From Oceanispirochaeta sp. (GTDB lineage Bacteria; Spirochaetota; Spirochaetia; DSM-2461): a stretch of 64,000 bases of DNA. The notes beneath the pieces were generated by a model, which was given only the letters and a program-made list of their open reading frames with translations, ran no database searches and was not told the DNA's origin. The stretch lies in NCBI GenBank assembly GCA_963663385.2, contig CAXXXD010000003.1, forward strand, positions 896,001 through 960,000. Reading direction: 5' to 3'. A program made the translations under genes and the position numbers. Shown one piece after another: positions 1 to 10,200 of this stretch. Each line of letters begins with the position of its first letter. Position 1 is the first letter of the stretch.

Positions 1-112
1 CTTTCCTTCCGGGAAAGAAGCCGAGTGTGCCAGAGTACAATTAAAAGGATATTTTCCATTTACGGAAAGAATTAATCCTCTTAATAGCATTCCGGCCGCG
101 AATGTAATATAA
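1..112 (+). CDS. 3' end of an upstream gene (partial), probably IspE
   Basis: Frame 2 is open to TAA at 110-112 (FPSGKEAECARVQLKGYFPFTERINPLNSIPAANVI). The ispE identity is inferred only from the common ispE-spoVG synteny. Confidence 0.4.
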   Translation, partial: FPSGKEAECARVQLKGYFPFTERINPLNSIPAANVI

Positions 113-148
113 TAATATATTATTGCGCATAAGCGGTAGGAGGAGCTA

Positions 149-436
149 ATGGAAATTACTGACATCCGCATTCGTAAAGTTAATGCAGACGGTAAACTTA
201 AGGCATACGTAACGGTCACATTTGATGAATCCTTTGTGGTTCACAACGTGAAGATTATCGAAGGCGACAGCGGAGTTTTCATTGCTATGCCAAGCAGGAA
301 GACTAAGAATGGCGTATACAAGGATGTAGCTCATCCTATTAATACGGAATTCAGGACTGTCCTTCAGGACAGAATCCTGGATGAATATAACAATTTAGAT
401 CCTGACGCGGAGGTTCATGCCGATGCAACGGACTAA
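149..436 (+). CDS. spoVG: SpoVG family nucleic-acid-binding regulator
   Basis: [11 protein letters not shown]...[10 protein letters not shown]...FIAMPSRK...YKDVAHPI signature; AGGAG RBS. Confidence 0.96.
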   Translation: MEITDIRIRKVNADGKLKAYVTVTFDESFVVHNVKIIEGDSGVFIAMPSRKTKNGVYKDVAHPINTEFRTVLQDRILDEYNNLDPDAEVHADATD

Positions 437-457
437 ATAAGAGATTTAACAAAAAAT

Positions 458-529
458 TTGGACGTCGGCAAGCGGTAAGCCACCGGGTTTTGATCCCGGC
501 ATTCGCAGGTTCGAATCCTGCCGTCCAAG
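458..529 (+). tRNA. tRNA-Gln(TTG)
   Basis: Acceptor TTGGACG/CGTCCAA; anticodon arm CCGGG-TT TTG AT-CCCGG; T arm GCAGG-TTCGAAT-CCTGC; CCA not encoded. Confidence 0.96.
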
Positions 530-562
530 CTACTTTTTTTGTCGTTGCAAGGAGTTGATAAA

Positions 563-1156
563 ATGGAGCAGAAAACCCTCTCTGTTGTTGAGCGGAAAGA
601 ATTCAAAAAGGGACCTGCAAAACAGTTAAGAAAAGAGGGAAAAATTCCCGCAGTTGTCTATGGACATGCGGCTCCTCTTCATATTTCAGTAGATGCCAGA
701 GAATTCTCAAAAAAATTCAGGGTAGTAACCGAAAATACCATTATAATTCTGGATATGGGCGGTAAACAGACTGAAGTACTGGTAAAGGATCTTCAGGAAG
801 ATATCATTACTGAAACTGTTAAGCACATTGATTTTTATGAAATCGAAAAAGGAAAAGTCCTTAAAACACATGTGCCCGTTCATCTGGTAGGAAATCCTAT
901 CGGTGTTAAAGAAGGCGGACTTCTGGAGCATAAAATTGATCAGCTTGAGGTTGAATGTCTTCCCAAGGATCTTCCTGAAGACATTTCCATTAATATTGCT
1001 GAGCTGGCCATGGGTAATTCCATTCATGTAAGGGATATTGAGCTGCCTGAAGGTGTAAAAGTTCTTGATTCTGAAGAAAGAACTGTTGTTGTTGTAACAG
1101 CACCCAAGAGCGAAGTTGTAGCGTCGGACGAATCAGAAGAAGCTGCCGAGGCTTAA
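563..1156 (+). CDS. rplY: 50S ribosomal protein L25/Ctc
   Basis: KQLRKEGKIPAVVYG, HIDFYE and GVKEGG motifs; ATG563 follows AAGGAG (the ORF track starts at 539). Confidence 0.95.
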   Translation: MEQKTLSVVERKEFKKGPAKQLRKEGKIPAVVYGHAAPLHISVDAREFSKKFRVVTENTIIILDMGGKQTEVLVKDLQEDIITETVKHIDFYEIEKGKVLKTHVPVHLVGNPIGVKEGGLLEHKIDQLEVECLPKDLPEDISINIAELAMGNSIHVRDIELPEGVKVLDSEERTVVVVTAPKSEVVASDESEEAAEA

Positions 1157-1170
1157 TTCTGAATTTTCTG

Positions 1171-1734
1171 ATGGCTGGTCTGGGAAATCCCGGATCAAAA
1201 TATCATAGGACCCGGCATAATGTCGGGTTTGATTTAATCGAGCTGCTTTCGGAGCAGCTTGTTTTGTCTCTGAAGAAGCCTCTTTTCAGACAGTATGAAT
1301 ATGCCGGAGATTTTTCAGGAACCAATTCTCTTCACCTGATCAAACCGTTAACCTATATGAATCGTTCCGGTGATATTATGCCCGGTTTGCTTCGAAGAAA
1401 AAAAATATCTACTGAAAGTCTTTTGATAATTACGGATAATATGGATTTACCTCCTGGAAAAGTCAGGATGAAAGCAAGCGGATCTTCCGCGGGTCATAAC
1501 GGGCTAAAATCCATTATTCATAACGTCGGTTCCGGCAATTTTTTCCGATTATACATAGGGGTCGGACGTCCTGAAAAAGGAACTTCTGTGGTGGATCATG
1601 TATTGGGAGAATTTTCCGGGCAGGATAGGGTAAAAGTGGATGAATCTCTTGAAAGATGCGCCCTTTTACTTTCAGGACTGCAGGAAAAGACCTTTATTCA
1701 GGTAATGAATGAAATCAATACAGGAAACAGTTGA
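1171..1734 (+). CDS. pth: Peptidyl-tRNA hydrolase (true start may be 1156 or 1159)
   Basis: GLGNPG..Y..TRHNVGF, KPLTYMNRSG, GHNGLKSI. Confidence 0.95.
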   Translation: MAGLGNPGSKYHRTRHNVGFDLIELLSEQLVLSLKKPLFRQYEYAGDFSGTNSLHLIKPLTYMNRSGDIMPGLLRRKKISTESLLIITDNMDLPPGKVRMKASGSSAGHNGLKSIIHNVGSGNFFRLYIGVGRPEKGTSVVDHVLGEFSGQDRVKVDESLERCALLLSGLQEKTFIQVMNEINTGNS

Positions 1735-3043
1735 AAGTAAAGTCTCATTATTTCTCGAATCCTGTCTGCCGGATGATGACTGCCACCTGATAGCAGCTTT
1801 TTCGGGAGGTCCCGATTCTTCCGTTTTGTTATATCTGTTAAAAAAACTCCAAAACAAGTTTGCCTATTCTCTCTCTGCCGCCTATATAAATCATAATATA
1901 CGTCCCTTTGAGGTTATGGAATCGGAACAGGATCAGCTTGTTAGAAGGGCAAAAGAGTGGGGCGTCAAACTCCATGTAAAAAAATATCCTCCCGGATTTA
2001 TAGACTACTTTGCATTGAAAACAGGTACAAGCCAGGAGGGGGCTGCCCGAAACTGCCGGTACCATTTTTTTAATAAACTGAAAAACAGGTATGAGCGTTC
2101 CCTGCTTGTGCTCGGTCATAACAGAAATGACCAGTTTGAGACGCTGGTTATGAGGATTTTTCAGGGAACAGGGATTGACGGTCTGGCTGGCATCCCCGCG
2201 GGAGATAAGAATTTGATCAGACCCTTACTGGATGTCTCCAGGGATGAGATCCTGGAATATGCAGAAAAAGAGAATATTCCCTATGTGACGGATATGACTA
2301 ATGAGACGGGGGATTACAGAAGGAACCGGATCCGGAGGGAACTCGTGCCGGTACTGTTTGATATTTTCCCCAACCCGGATGCGGCTCTTTTTGATGTCTG
2401 TAAAGAAATGCACCTGGCCGGGAAATTCTGTGCCGGCACTATCCACTGGCAGAAGAACGGGGATTCCTGGCAGCTGAAGGCTGAGGAATTTCTGATTCTT
2501 CCGCCGGGTGTCAGGAGAAATGTCCTTTTAAGGAAAATGGATGAAATCAATCGGGGTTTAATGCCCCGTGATACCCGTATTCCGGGGCGATTTCTCAAGC
2601 CACTTGATGACCTTGCAGCTGATACGGATGGTCCGGACAGGATCCTGGCGCGTGGGTACAATATTGAACTGGAAAAAAAAGACGGACTGGTTATTCTCCG
2701 GAAAAATATTAAAAAAAATACAGGCGGATTATTTCATATTCTGGAGGAGGACGCTCCTCTTGTTACAGAGGCTTTTACTCTTTCCCTGTGCAAATCCTTT
2801 GGGGTTGAGGATGAATCACCCGGTAACTTTTTAGTGCCTGTAAAATCGAATCTGTCTGTCCGGACAGGAAAAAAGGGGGATTTCAGTGTTATGGATGGTT
2901 TTGAGACTATTCTGAAACTGGATGAAAATGGAAAAATTATGTATTTTCTGTATGGAAATCAGAAAAAATCTGAAAAGATCCCAAACCTGAATGCAGATTG
3001 TGTTATAATTAAATTAGAGGTAAATTATGCCCCAGGAAGATAA
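1709..3043 (+). CDS. tilS: tRNA(Ile)-lysidine synthetase
   Basis: PP-loop SGGPDS, GHNRNDQFET, RPLL, RRNRIR; lies between pth and ftsH. Confidence 0.93.
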   Translation: MKSIQETVESKVSLFLESCLPDDDCHLIAAFSGGPDSSVLLYLLKKLQNKFAYSLSAAYINHNIRPFEVMESEQDQLVRRAKEWGVKLHVKKYPPGFIDYFALKTGTSQEGAARNCRYHFFNKLKNRYERSLLVLGHNRNDQFETLVMRIFQGTGIDGLAGIPAGDKNLIRPLLDVSRDEILEYAEKENIPYVTDMTNETGDYRRNRIRRELVPVLFDIFPNPDAALFDVCKEMHLAGKFCAGTIHWQKNGDSWQLKAEEFLILPPGVRRNVLLRKMDEINRGLMPRDTRIPGRFLKPLDDLAADTDGPDRILARGYNIELEKKDGLVILRKNIKKNTGGLFHILEEDAPLVTEAFTLSLCKSFGVEDESPGNFLVPVKSNLSVRTGKKGDFSVMDGFETILKLDENGKIMYFLYGNQKKSEKIPNLNADCVIIKLEVNYAPGR

Positions 3044-4895
3044 TAACAACAACGGTAACGACAATTTCAATTTTAACAACAACAAGACAGCCCTGATGTT
3101 TCTGGGCCTCCTGATCCTTTTTTTTATGATTTTCTTTTCCTTTTCCAATCAAAATACATTGAATGAAATTCCCTATTCCCTCTTTCTTCAGTATGTGGAT
3201 AAAGGGATGATTTATGATGTACAGATTCTGGATCAACGTGAGATCCGGGGACGTTACGTTGATCAGTCCGATGCGAATCGCGGAGGGATATATTTTTCCA
3301 CTACCATTCCGTATTACGATGATAATCTGATGAAGCTCCTTATTGAAGAGGGAGTCAGTGTCAAGGGGGGAGAGCAGTCTGTTTCCTTTGGGCTGGTTAT
3401 GCTGCAGCTGCTTCCCTGGGGGCTGAGTTTCCTTTTTATATGGTGGATGTTCCGGAGTGTTCAGGGCGGCGGTAATAAAGCCTTCAGTTTTGGTAAAAGC
3501 AAAGCTCGTCGCTATGATCAGACCAGAGACAAGACTACCTTCGAAGATGTGGCAGGTCAGGAAGAGTCCAAATATGAATTGATGGAAGTTGTGGATTTCC
3601 TTAAAAATCCGGATAAATTTACCCGAATCGGCGCAAAGATCCCTAAGGGTGTACTCCTGGTAGGTAATCCCGGAACAGGGAAGACCCTCCTGGCAAAAGC
3701 TGTAGCCGGGGAAGCGGGGGTTCCTTTCTTTCATATGTCCGGTTCCGACTTTGTTGAAATGTTCGTCGGTGTTGGGGCAAGCCGGGTTAGGGACCTGTTT
3801 GAACAGGGGAGGAAGAACGCTCCCTGTATCCTTTTTATTGATGAAATTGATGCTGTAGGACGTACCCGGGGCGCCGGATACGGTGGCGGACATGATGAAA
3901 GAGAGCAGACACTCAATCAGCTTCTTGTTGAGATGGATGGTTTTGATACCCAATCGGCAGTAATCATTATAGCTGCAACCAACAGACCTGACGTTCTGGA
4001 TCCGGCTCTTCTACGGCCCGGACGCTTTGACCGGCAGGTTGTGGTGGATATGCCGGATGTGAAGGAAAGGGAAGCCATAATCGGGATCCATGCCCGAAAA
4101 ATTCACCTGTCTCCCAAGGTAAAACTGTCTGTTATTGCCAGGGCTACTCCGGGCAGTTCCGGGGCGGATCTGGCAAATATTGTTAATGAAGCCGCCCTGT
4201 TTGCCGCCAGAAGGGAGTCCGAGATAGTTGAAAATCAGGATTTTGAAGAAGCCCGGGACAAGGTTATGATGGGTGTAGCGAAGAAATCCCGCGTCCTTAA
4301 CATACACGAGCGGGAGATGACAGCCTATCATGAAGCGGGGCATGCCCTTCTGCATTATTACCTGAAGAATGCAGACCCTATTCACAAGGTTACCATCGTA
4401 CCCCGGGGGCGGGCCCTTGGGGTTACATTCTCGCTGCCTGAACAGGATCACTATGCCAGGAGCAGCGGATGGCTGCGTGACAGGATAACCATAAGCTATG
4501 GCGGATATGTTGCAGAGGAACTTCTGTACCAGGAAACAACCACGGGCGCCAAGAATGATATTGAGCAGGCAACCAGTATGGCCAGAAAAATGGTTTGTGA
4601 GTGGGGTATGAGTGATGAAATCGGACCAATTTCGCTTGGAAGCGATGATGAACCGATTTTTATAGGCAAGGAAATTGCCCAGCATAAAGATTATTCCGAT
4701 CAGACAGCTTTTCTGATTGACAATGAAGTCCGTCGTATATTAAATGAATCATTGGAACTGGCGAAGAAAATATTAAGTGAAAACAAAAAACAGCTTGAGG
4801 CTATTACACGGGCTCTGCTGGAAAAGGAAACTCTTAACGATGAGGAGATCCGCTTATTGCTGGGGCCTCAGTTTATGTTGAGTAAAGATAAGTAA
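3027..4895 (+). CDS. ftsH: ATP-dependent zinc metalloprotease FtsH
   Basis: Two TM segments, Walker [27 protein letters not shown]. Confidence 0.97.
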   Translation: MPQEDNNNNGNDNFNFNNNKTALMFLGLLILFFMIFFSFSNQNTLNEIPYSLFLQYVDKGMIYDVQILDQREIRGRYVDQSDANRGGIYFSTTIPYYDDNLMKLLIEEGVSVKGGEQSVSFGLVMLQLLPWGLSFLFIWWMFRSVQGGGNKAFSFGKSKARRYDQTRDKTTFEDVAGQEESKYELMEVVDFLKNPDKFTRIGAKIPKGVLLVGNPGTGKTLLAKAVAGEAGVPFFHMSGSDFVEMFVGVGASRVRDLFEQGRKNAPCILFIDEIDAVGRTRGAGYGGGHDEREQTLNQLLVEMDGFDTQSAVIIIAATNRPDVLDPALLRPGRFDRQVVVDMPDVKEREAIIGIHARKIHLSPKVKLSVIARATPGSSGADLANIVNEAALFAARRESEIVENQDFEEARDKVMMGVAKKSRVLNIHEREMTAYHEAGHALLHYYLKNADPIHKVTIVPRGRALGVTFSLPEQDHYARSSGWLRDRITISYGGYVAEELLYQETTTGAKNDIEQATSMARKMVCEWGMSDEIGPISLGSDDEPIFIGKEIAQHKDYSDQTAFLIDNEVRRILNESLELAKKILSENKKQLEAITRALLEKETLNDEEIRLLLGPQFMLSKDK

Positions 4896-4900
4896 TAAAA

Positions 4901-6547
4901 GTGAATAAATATTTTACATTTCTTTTAGTGCTCCTGGTATCTGGTTCTGCTGTTCTTTCGGCACAGAGGTCTCCAGATCCCGAAATGGCAAGGTTATACG
5001 CCCGTTATGCCTGGAATGCCTATAAGGACAAGGATTGGCAGGAATTTGCCAACCTGGTAGAGAAAGGTGTTGAATTTGATCGCGAAAATCCTGATCTTCT
5101 CTGTTTTCAGGGGTTGATCCTGCTTCGGGAACGGGATTTCCGAGGTGTCAGTGAGAAGTACAATGCCGCCTTTAAACAATCTGATAGAACGGAATTCCTC
5201 AAATGTGAAGATATTCTCTCAGTACTGTCCCGAATGTTCTATCGTCTCGGAGAGTACCGTAAGCAGACAGACCTTTTCTATGCCGCATGTGAAGACAACC
5301 GGGATGATCCGGATTTTCTCTTTTATTCGGTACTTTCATTTTATGCCCTTCAGGAAAAAGAAACCGCTATAGCTCTGGCTGAAGAGGGAGTATACCGTTT
5401 TCAGGATCAGAGATTTCTTATTCTGCTGTGCGGATGGATGGAAAATTCCGGATATCCTGTGATTCTTGATGAATTCCTCAACCGGCAGGGGATGCTTTAT
5501 CCTGATTTGATGGCCCGTATAATCATTCAGTCCGGGGGAGATACGGAAACTCTGGCAAAGGAATATATAAGCCGGATTAAAGATCTGAACAGCTGGTATT
5601 TAAGGGGATTGAATCAGGAGGAGACAGCTGAATTCCTGTTGCCCGGTGATACTGCCGGATCAAGGGTATGGCCTTCTGATGTCATAAAGGAAGTATGGAA
5701 AGAATTTCCATCCCAGAGGGGGGGGCTTAATAAACTGATTCCCGGGGATATGCTTATAGATCAGTCTGGAGACGGGATCGAGGATTGGATCATCAGAAAC
5801 GAGGGAAATTCCTTTATCTGGATACGGGATGAGAATCAGGATGGATTAGCTGATTTCAGAATCCACTGGGAATCCGTTCAGAAACTGTCCTCTGTGGAGT
5901 ATTTTCCTAGGGATTACAATTTTAGCTGTTACTATTACGACTACCCTCATGTGGATCATATAAAGATCGGCGGCGAGGAACGGAATGTACGGGAATACCT
6001 CTATCTTCCGGGTTCCTATGATTTGCCGGTCCTGACCGCTTCGGATTTTACCTGGTTGAGTTGTTTTGATATCAATAAGGGAAACACTCCCTTCTGGATG
6101 CGGTTGAGCGAATCGGATCATATGAAATACTGTTACTCCTTAAAAGATTCTGTAACAGATTCGGCTTCCGGGTTGTTCAGAGAATATACCGTGATAAATG
6201 GTTCCATTAAACGGTTCAGAGAGGATTCCAATTTTGATGGATACTTTGACAGGATGGTTCTTCTGGAAGACTGGGCCCCGGTTGAGGGGTATCGGGATTT
6301 GAACCTGGACGGTGTCTTCGACCTGAAAGAGATCTATTCCGGAGGTCGTTTATCCGGGATTGAGGTTCAGGGTGATAGAAGCCGTATTGAAGAGTATTAT
6401 GATTTATGGAATAGTAAACGGTATCAATTGTGGAATTTTGACCAGACCAGTTTTTTTGATGCAATACTTATTCAGAATGCAGATTTAACCTGGGCTGAGT
6501 TATCACTGGATTCCAAAATTTTTATGCAAACAGGCAGTGATGAATGA
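4901..6547 (+). CDS. Exported protein with TPR-like N-terminus and repeated Dx[N/S]xDGxxD motifs
   Basis: Signal peptide; helical N-half; DQSGDGIED, DENQDGLAD, DSNFDGYFD, DLNLDGVFD. Confidence 0.7.
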   Translation: MNKYFTFLLVLLVSGSAVLSAQRSPDPEMARLYARYAWNAYKDKDWQEFANLVEKGVEFDRENPDLLCFQGLILLRERDFRGVSEKYNAAFKQSDRTEFLKCEDILSVLSRMFYRLGEYRKQTDLFYAACEDNRDDPDFLFYSVLSFYALQEKETAIALAEEGVYRFQDQRFLILLCGWMENSGYPVILDEFLNRQGMLYPDLMARIIIQSGGDTETLAKEYISRIKDLNSWYLRGLNQEETAEFLLPGDTAGSRVWPSDVIKEVWKEFPSQRGGLNKLIPGDMLIDQSGDGIEDWIIRNEGNSFIWIRDENQDGLADFRIHWESVQKLSSVEYFPRDYNFSCYYYDYPHVDHIKIGGEERNVREYLYLPGSYDLPVLTASDFTWLSCFDINKGNTPFWMRLSESDHMKYCYSLKDSVTDSASGLFREYTVINGSIKRFREDSNFDGYFDRMVLLEDWAPVEGYRDLNLDGVFDLKEIYSGGRLSGIEVQGDRSRIEEYYDLWNSKRYQLWNFDQTSFFDAILIQNADLTWAELSLDSKIFMQTGSDE

Positions 6548-8343
6548 TACCGAAAAAAATACAGTTTCTTTTATTTTCCGTACCCGGTTTTCTTTCTCTT
6601 TTTATTTTCTCTTGCGCTACTGATTCTGAACAACCAGTAGACAATCCTGTTTATTATGATCAGGCTGAAAGAATTGTAGGACAGATAGATAGTCTCCTGG
6701 AAGATGAAAAACCCGCCGAAGCTCTACAGTGGATTATTTTTTACCGGGAGAGGGGCGAACGATCTGATCTGGATTTGAATACGCGGGAAAAGCTGGCTCT
6801 TTCCGATCTGGCTGAATTGTTCAAAAAGGCAATAGAGGAAAAGGATTATTCTAGAGCTCTTGGAATTTATGGTTCCCTGAAAACTGTTGGACATCATGAT
6901 ATTCTCGGAGAGGGAGTCAGCCCGGAATCCATCAAGACGGCGCATGTCCGCTCTCTTGCGGAGAAGGAAAGGGTGGGGGCTGCCGCATCACTTTTATCAT
7001 ACGCTTATGTTTCAACTGCGGATTTCAGTAAAGAAGATCTTGATTATCTGGAATCCAGTTTTACTGCGGGGGAGAACCGGGAAGCCCTCAGTAAGATTGT
7101 CGCCGAAAAAATGGAACGGAAAATGGAAATGAATGATAGTTCTGTTGAGTTATTGAATAAAGCTATCACCATGGAAGATCTTATAAGGGGTACAGTAACA
7201 GTCTGGGTTGATAAAGGGCTTCGGCTGGAGGGCGGAATAGGATATCCGGATCAGGTTATCGGCAGTGGGTTTTTCATTGACAAGAACGGTTACCTTCTGA
7301 CGAACTATCACGTAATTGAAAGTGAAGTGGATCCTGAATATCATGGGCATTCCAAACTGTTTATAAAGCTGTCTGATGACAGGGGTGAAAAAATACCGGC
7401 CCGGGTCATAGGTTGGGACCGTCACTTCGATCTGGCTCTGCTGAAAACGGAAATTGAAGCTCCCTATGTCTTTTCCTTCTCTTCTGAAGATGAATACAGA
7501 CTTGGACAGCAGATAATTGCCATCGGTTCTCCCGGAGGGCTGAATAACTCTATCACTTCCGGGACTGTTTCGGCTGTGAACAGGGCAATGCTTGCCATGG
7601 GGGAAACCGTACAGATTGATGTCCCGATTAACCCCGGTAACAGCGGCGGCCCTCTGCTGAGTCCTGACGGGCTGGTGAAGGGGGTTATTTTTGCCGGTAT
7701 CGAAGATTTCGAAGGTATTAACTTTGCCATCTACGGCAGTTATGTGAAAAAACTTCTCCCTGCCCTTTATGAAGGGGGCGCTCTGGTTCATCCCTGGCTG
7801 GGGATTGGTGGTTTTCAGGAGTATGGTTCTCTTGAAACTCTCTATGTCGTTCCCGATTCACCTGCCAGTCTGGCAGGTATAGTGAGGGGGGATGCGATTC
7901 TCAGTATTAACGGCGTTACCATAGAAAGGAATCAGGAGGCAAGGGATCAGATCCTTGCATTGGAACCCGGTACAATTGTGAATCTGGAGTGGGACAAGAA
8001 TGGAAAGGCAGTCAATTCCAAGATTGCCCTGGCGGAAAGACCCGATATTCCTTTTGTGTATGCCATTCATCATGACAGGAAGGATGATCTGATCCCGGCC
8101 TTTTTCGGCATGGTTCTTGAAAAAGTCAGGAAGGAACAGTACCGGGTAAGCAAGGTTTATACGGGCAGCTATGCCGACGAAGCCAGCATTTCGAACAATG
8201 ATGTGATTTCACTGAAAAAATGGCAGGTTTTTGAGGAGGAGGGTTATGTTTTGATGCAGTTCCTGTTCAAGGGGGTTAAGGTCGGTTATCTGGAAAGTGT
8301 AATCCAGCTGGGAGCCGCTCTGGAATCTGCTATCTTTTTCTAA
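6544..8343 (+). CDS. S1C (HtrA-like) serine protease with PDZ and long N-terminal extension, probable lipoprotein
   Basis: GSGF, TNYHV, DLALLK, INPGNSGGPL; FSC lipobox; ATGA overlap with the previous gene. Confidence 0.88.
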   Translation: MIPKKIQFLLFSVPGFLSLFIFSCATDSEQPVDNPVYYDQAERIVGQIDSLLEDEKPAEALQWIIFYRERGERSDLDLNTREKLALSDLAELFKKAIEEKDYSRALGIYGSLKTVGHHDILGEGVSPESIKTAHVRSLAEKERVGAAASLLSYAYVSTADFSKEDLDYLESSFTAGENREALSKIVAEKMERKMEMNDSSVELLNKAITMEDLIRGTVTVWVDKGLRLEGGIGYPDQVIGSGFFIDKNGYLLTNYHVIESEVDPEYHGHSKLFIKLSDDRGEKIPARVIGWDRHFDLALLKTEIEAPYVFSFSSEDEYRLGQQIIAIGSPGGLNNSITSGTVSAVNRAMLAMGETVQIDVPINPGNSGGPLLSPDGLVKGVIFAGIEDFEGINFAIYGSYVKKLLPALYEGGALVHPWLGIGGFQEYGSLETLYVVPDSPASLAGIVRGDAILSINGVTIERNQEARDQILALEPGTIVNLEWDKNGKAVNSKIALAERPDIPFVYAIHHDRKDDLIPAFFGMVLEKVRKEQYRVSKVYTGSYADEASISNNDVISLKKWQVFEEEGYVLMQFLFKGVKVGYLESVIQLGAALESAIFF

Positions 8344-8352
8344 TTGCCTTGA

Positions 8353-8381
8353 TTGAAAAAAAATATAACTTCGTATATAGT
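8353..8381 (+). promoter_or_regulatory. Putative sigma70 promoter for leaderless lepA
   Basis: TTGAAA-17-TATAGT, ending 7 nt before ATG8389; no SD. Confidence 0.55.
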
Positions 8382-8388
8382 GCAACCC

Positions 8389-10200
8389 ATGAAATACGAT
8401 CAGGAAAAAATCCGCAATTTTTGCATAATCGCCCATATAGATCATGGTAAATCCACTCTGGCAGACCGGTTCCTGCAGAAGTCTCATACCGTATCGGACC
8501 GGGATTTTCAGGAGCAGATGCTTGACTCCATGGATATCGAAAGGGAGAGGGGCATTACAATAAAATCACAGGCCGTTACTATCGAGTATAAGGCGCAGGA
8601 TGGAGAAGTCTATCAGTTGAATCTGGTAGACACTCCGGGGCATGTAGATTTCTCCTACGAAGTATCCCGCGCTATTACTTCCTGCGAAGGCGCTCTGCTT
8701 CTGATCGATGCTTCACAGGGGGTGGAGGCTCAGACCCTGTCCAATATGTATATGGCTCTGGATCACGATCTGGATATCATTCCCGTAGTGAATAAGATGG
8801 ATCTCCCCAGCGCAGATCTTCCCCGGGTTACGGAGCAGATTGAACATGATCTCGGCCTGGAAGAAGAGATGATCTACCCTGTTTCAGCCAAAACAGGCAA
8901 GAATGTGGAAGAACTCATTGAAGGACTGATCAAATGGATTCCTTTTCCCAAGGGATCCGCAGAGGCTCCTCTGAAATGTCTGATTTTTGACTCACACTAC
9001 GATGCTTACAGGGGAGTAGTCATCCATGTGCGTCTTTTTGAAGGTTCCGTCAAGGCGGGAGATGAAATTCTCCTTATGTCCAATTCTATAAAATATAAAG
9101 TTGAGGATGTGGGAACCTTTAAACTGGGACTCAGAAAAGAAAAAGCCCTTTATGCCGGCCAGGTTGGTTATATCATTGCCGGAATTAAAACAATTTCAGA
9201 TGTTCGGGTCGGTGATACAATAACCCTTGCTTCCAATCCCTGCGTGGAACCTCTGGAAGGATTCCGGGAAGTCAAACCGGTTGTTTTTTCCTCAATTTAT
9301 CCAGTGGATACCAATCAGTATGAAGAACTCCATGCTTCCATTGATAAATTGAGACTCAACGATGCTTCTCTGATATACGAAAAGGATGCATCCGCGGCCC
9401 TGGGATTCGGTTTCCGTTGCGGTTTCCTTGGTCTCCTTCATCTTGAAGTGATTCAGGAGCGTCTTGAACGGGAATTCGGTTTGAATATTGTGCTGACGTC
9501 CCCCTCTGTCCGTTATCGTATCACCCCGCAGAAGGGAGCGCCCTATTATCTTGATAATCCTGCGGAATACCCCGATCCAGGCACAATTGAGATGGCTGAA
9601 GAGCCTTTTATCTCAGCCGCTATCATTACTCCAACCGATTACCTGGGGAGTATCATGACTCTCTGTATGAATAAACGGGGGATCCAGACGCATATGAACT
9701 ATCTGGACGAAAAACGTGTTGAGATAAAGTTTGATATGCCCCTGGCGGAAGTCCTCTTTGATTTTTATGATAAACTTAAATCCATCAGTCGGGGATATGC
9801 TTCCTTTGATTATGAATTAATCGGATTCAGGGAGACAAACCTGGTTAAACTGGAAATCCTGATTAATGGAGACAAGGTGGATGCCCTGGCTCAGCTGGTG
9901 CATAGGGACAATGCCTATGACCGTGGAAAGGGTGTCTGTAAGAAGCTAAAAGGTGAAATCCCCCGACAGCAGTTCAAGATTCCCATACAGGCTGCAATAG
10001 GGAATACCATTATTTCCCGTGAAACCATTAGTGCTCTTCGTAAGGATGTTACTTCCAAGTGTTATGGCGGAGATATCTCCCGAAAACGGAAACTGCTGGA
10101 AAAACAGAAGGAAGGTAAGAAGAGAATGAAAATGGTCGGTAATGTTGAACTGCCCCAGTCCGCTTTTCTTTCCGTTCTCAGGACGGACGATGAAAATTGA
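8389..10200 (+). CDS. lepA: Elongation factor 4
   Basis: IRNFCIIAHIDHGKSTLADR, GFRCGFLGLLH, KCYGGDISRKRKLLEKQKEGKKRMK. Confidence 0.98.
   Translation: MKYDQEKIRNFCIIAHIDHGKSTLADRFLQKSHTVSDRDFQEQMLDSMDIERERGITIKSQAVTIEYKAQDGEVYQLNLVDTPGHVDFSYEVSRAITSCEGALLLIDASQGVEAQTLSNMYMALDHDLDIIPVVNKMDLPSADLPRVTEQIEHDLGLEEEMIYPVSAKTGKNVEELIEGLIKWIPFPKGSAEAPLKCLIFDSHYDAYRGVVIHVRLFEGSVKAGDEILLMSNSIKYKVEDVGTFKLGLRKEKALYAGQVGYIIAGIKTISDVRVGDTITLASNPCVEPLEGFREVKPVVFSSIYPVDTNQYEELHASIDKLRLNDASLIYEKDASAALGFGFRCGFLGLLHLEVIQERLEREFGLNIVLTSPSVRYRITPQKGAPYYLDNPAEYPDPGTIEMAEEPFISAAIITPTDYLGSIMTLCMNKRGIQTHMNYLDEKRVEIKFDMPLAEVLFDFYDKLKSISRGYASFDYELIGFRETNLVKLEILINGDKVDALAQLVHRDNAYDRGKGVCKKLKGEIPRQQFKIPIQAAIGNTIISRETISALRKDVTSKCYGGDISRKRKLLEKQKEGKKRMKMVGNVELPQSAFLSVLRTDDEN

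Noticed and set aside
3009..3953. Long antisense ORFs (also 20791-21627, 36575-37513, 49077-50018, 54958-55773)
   Set aside because: Shadow frames of well-conserved sense genes, with no motifs
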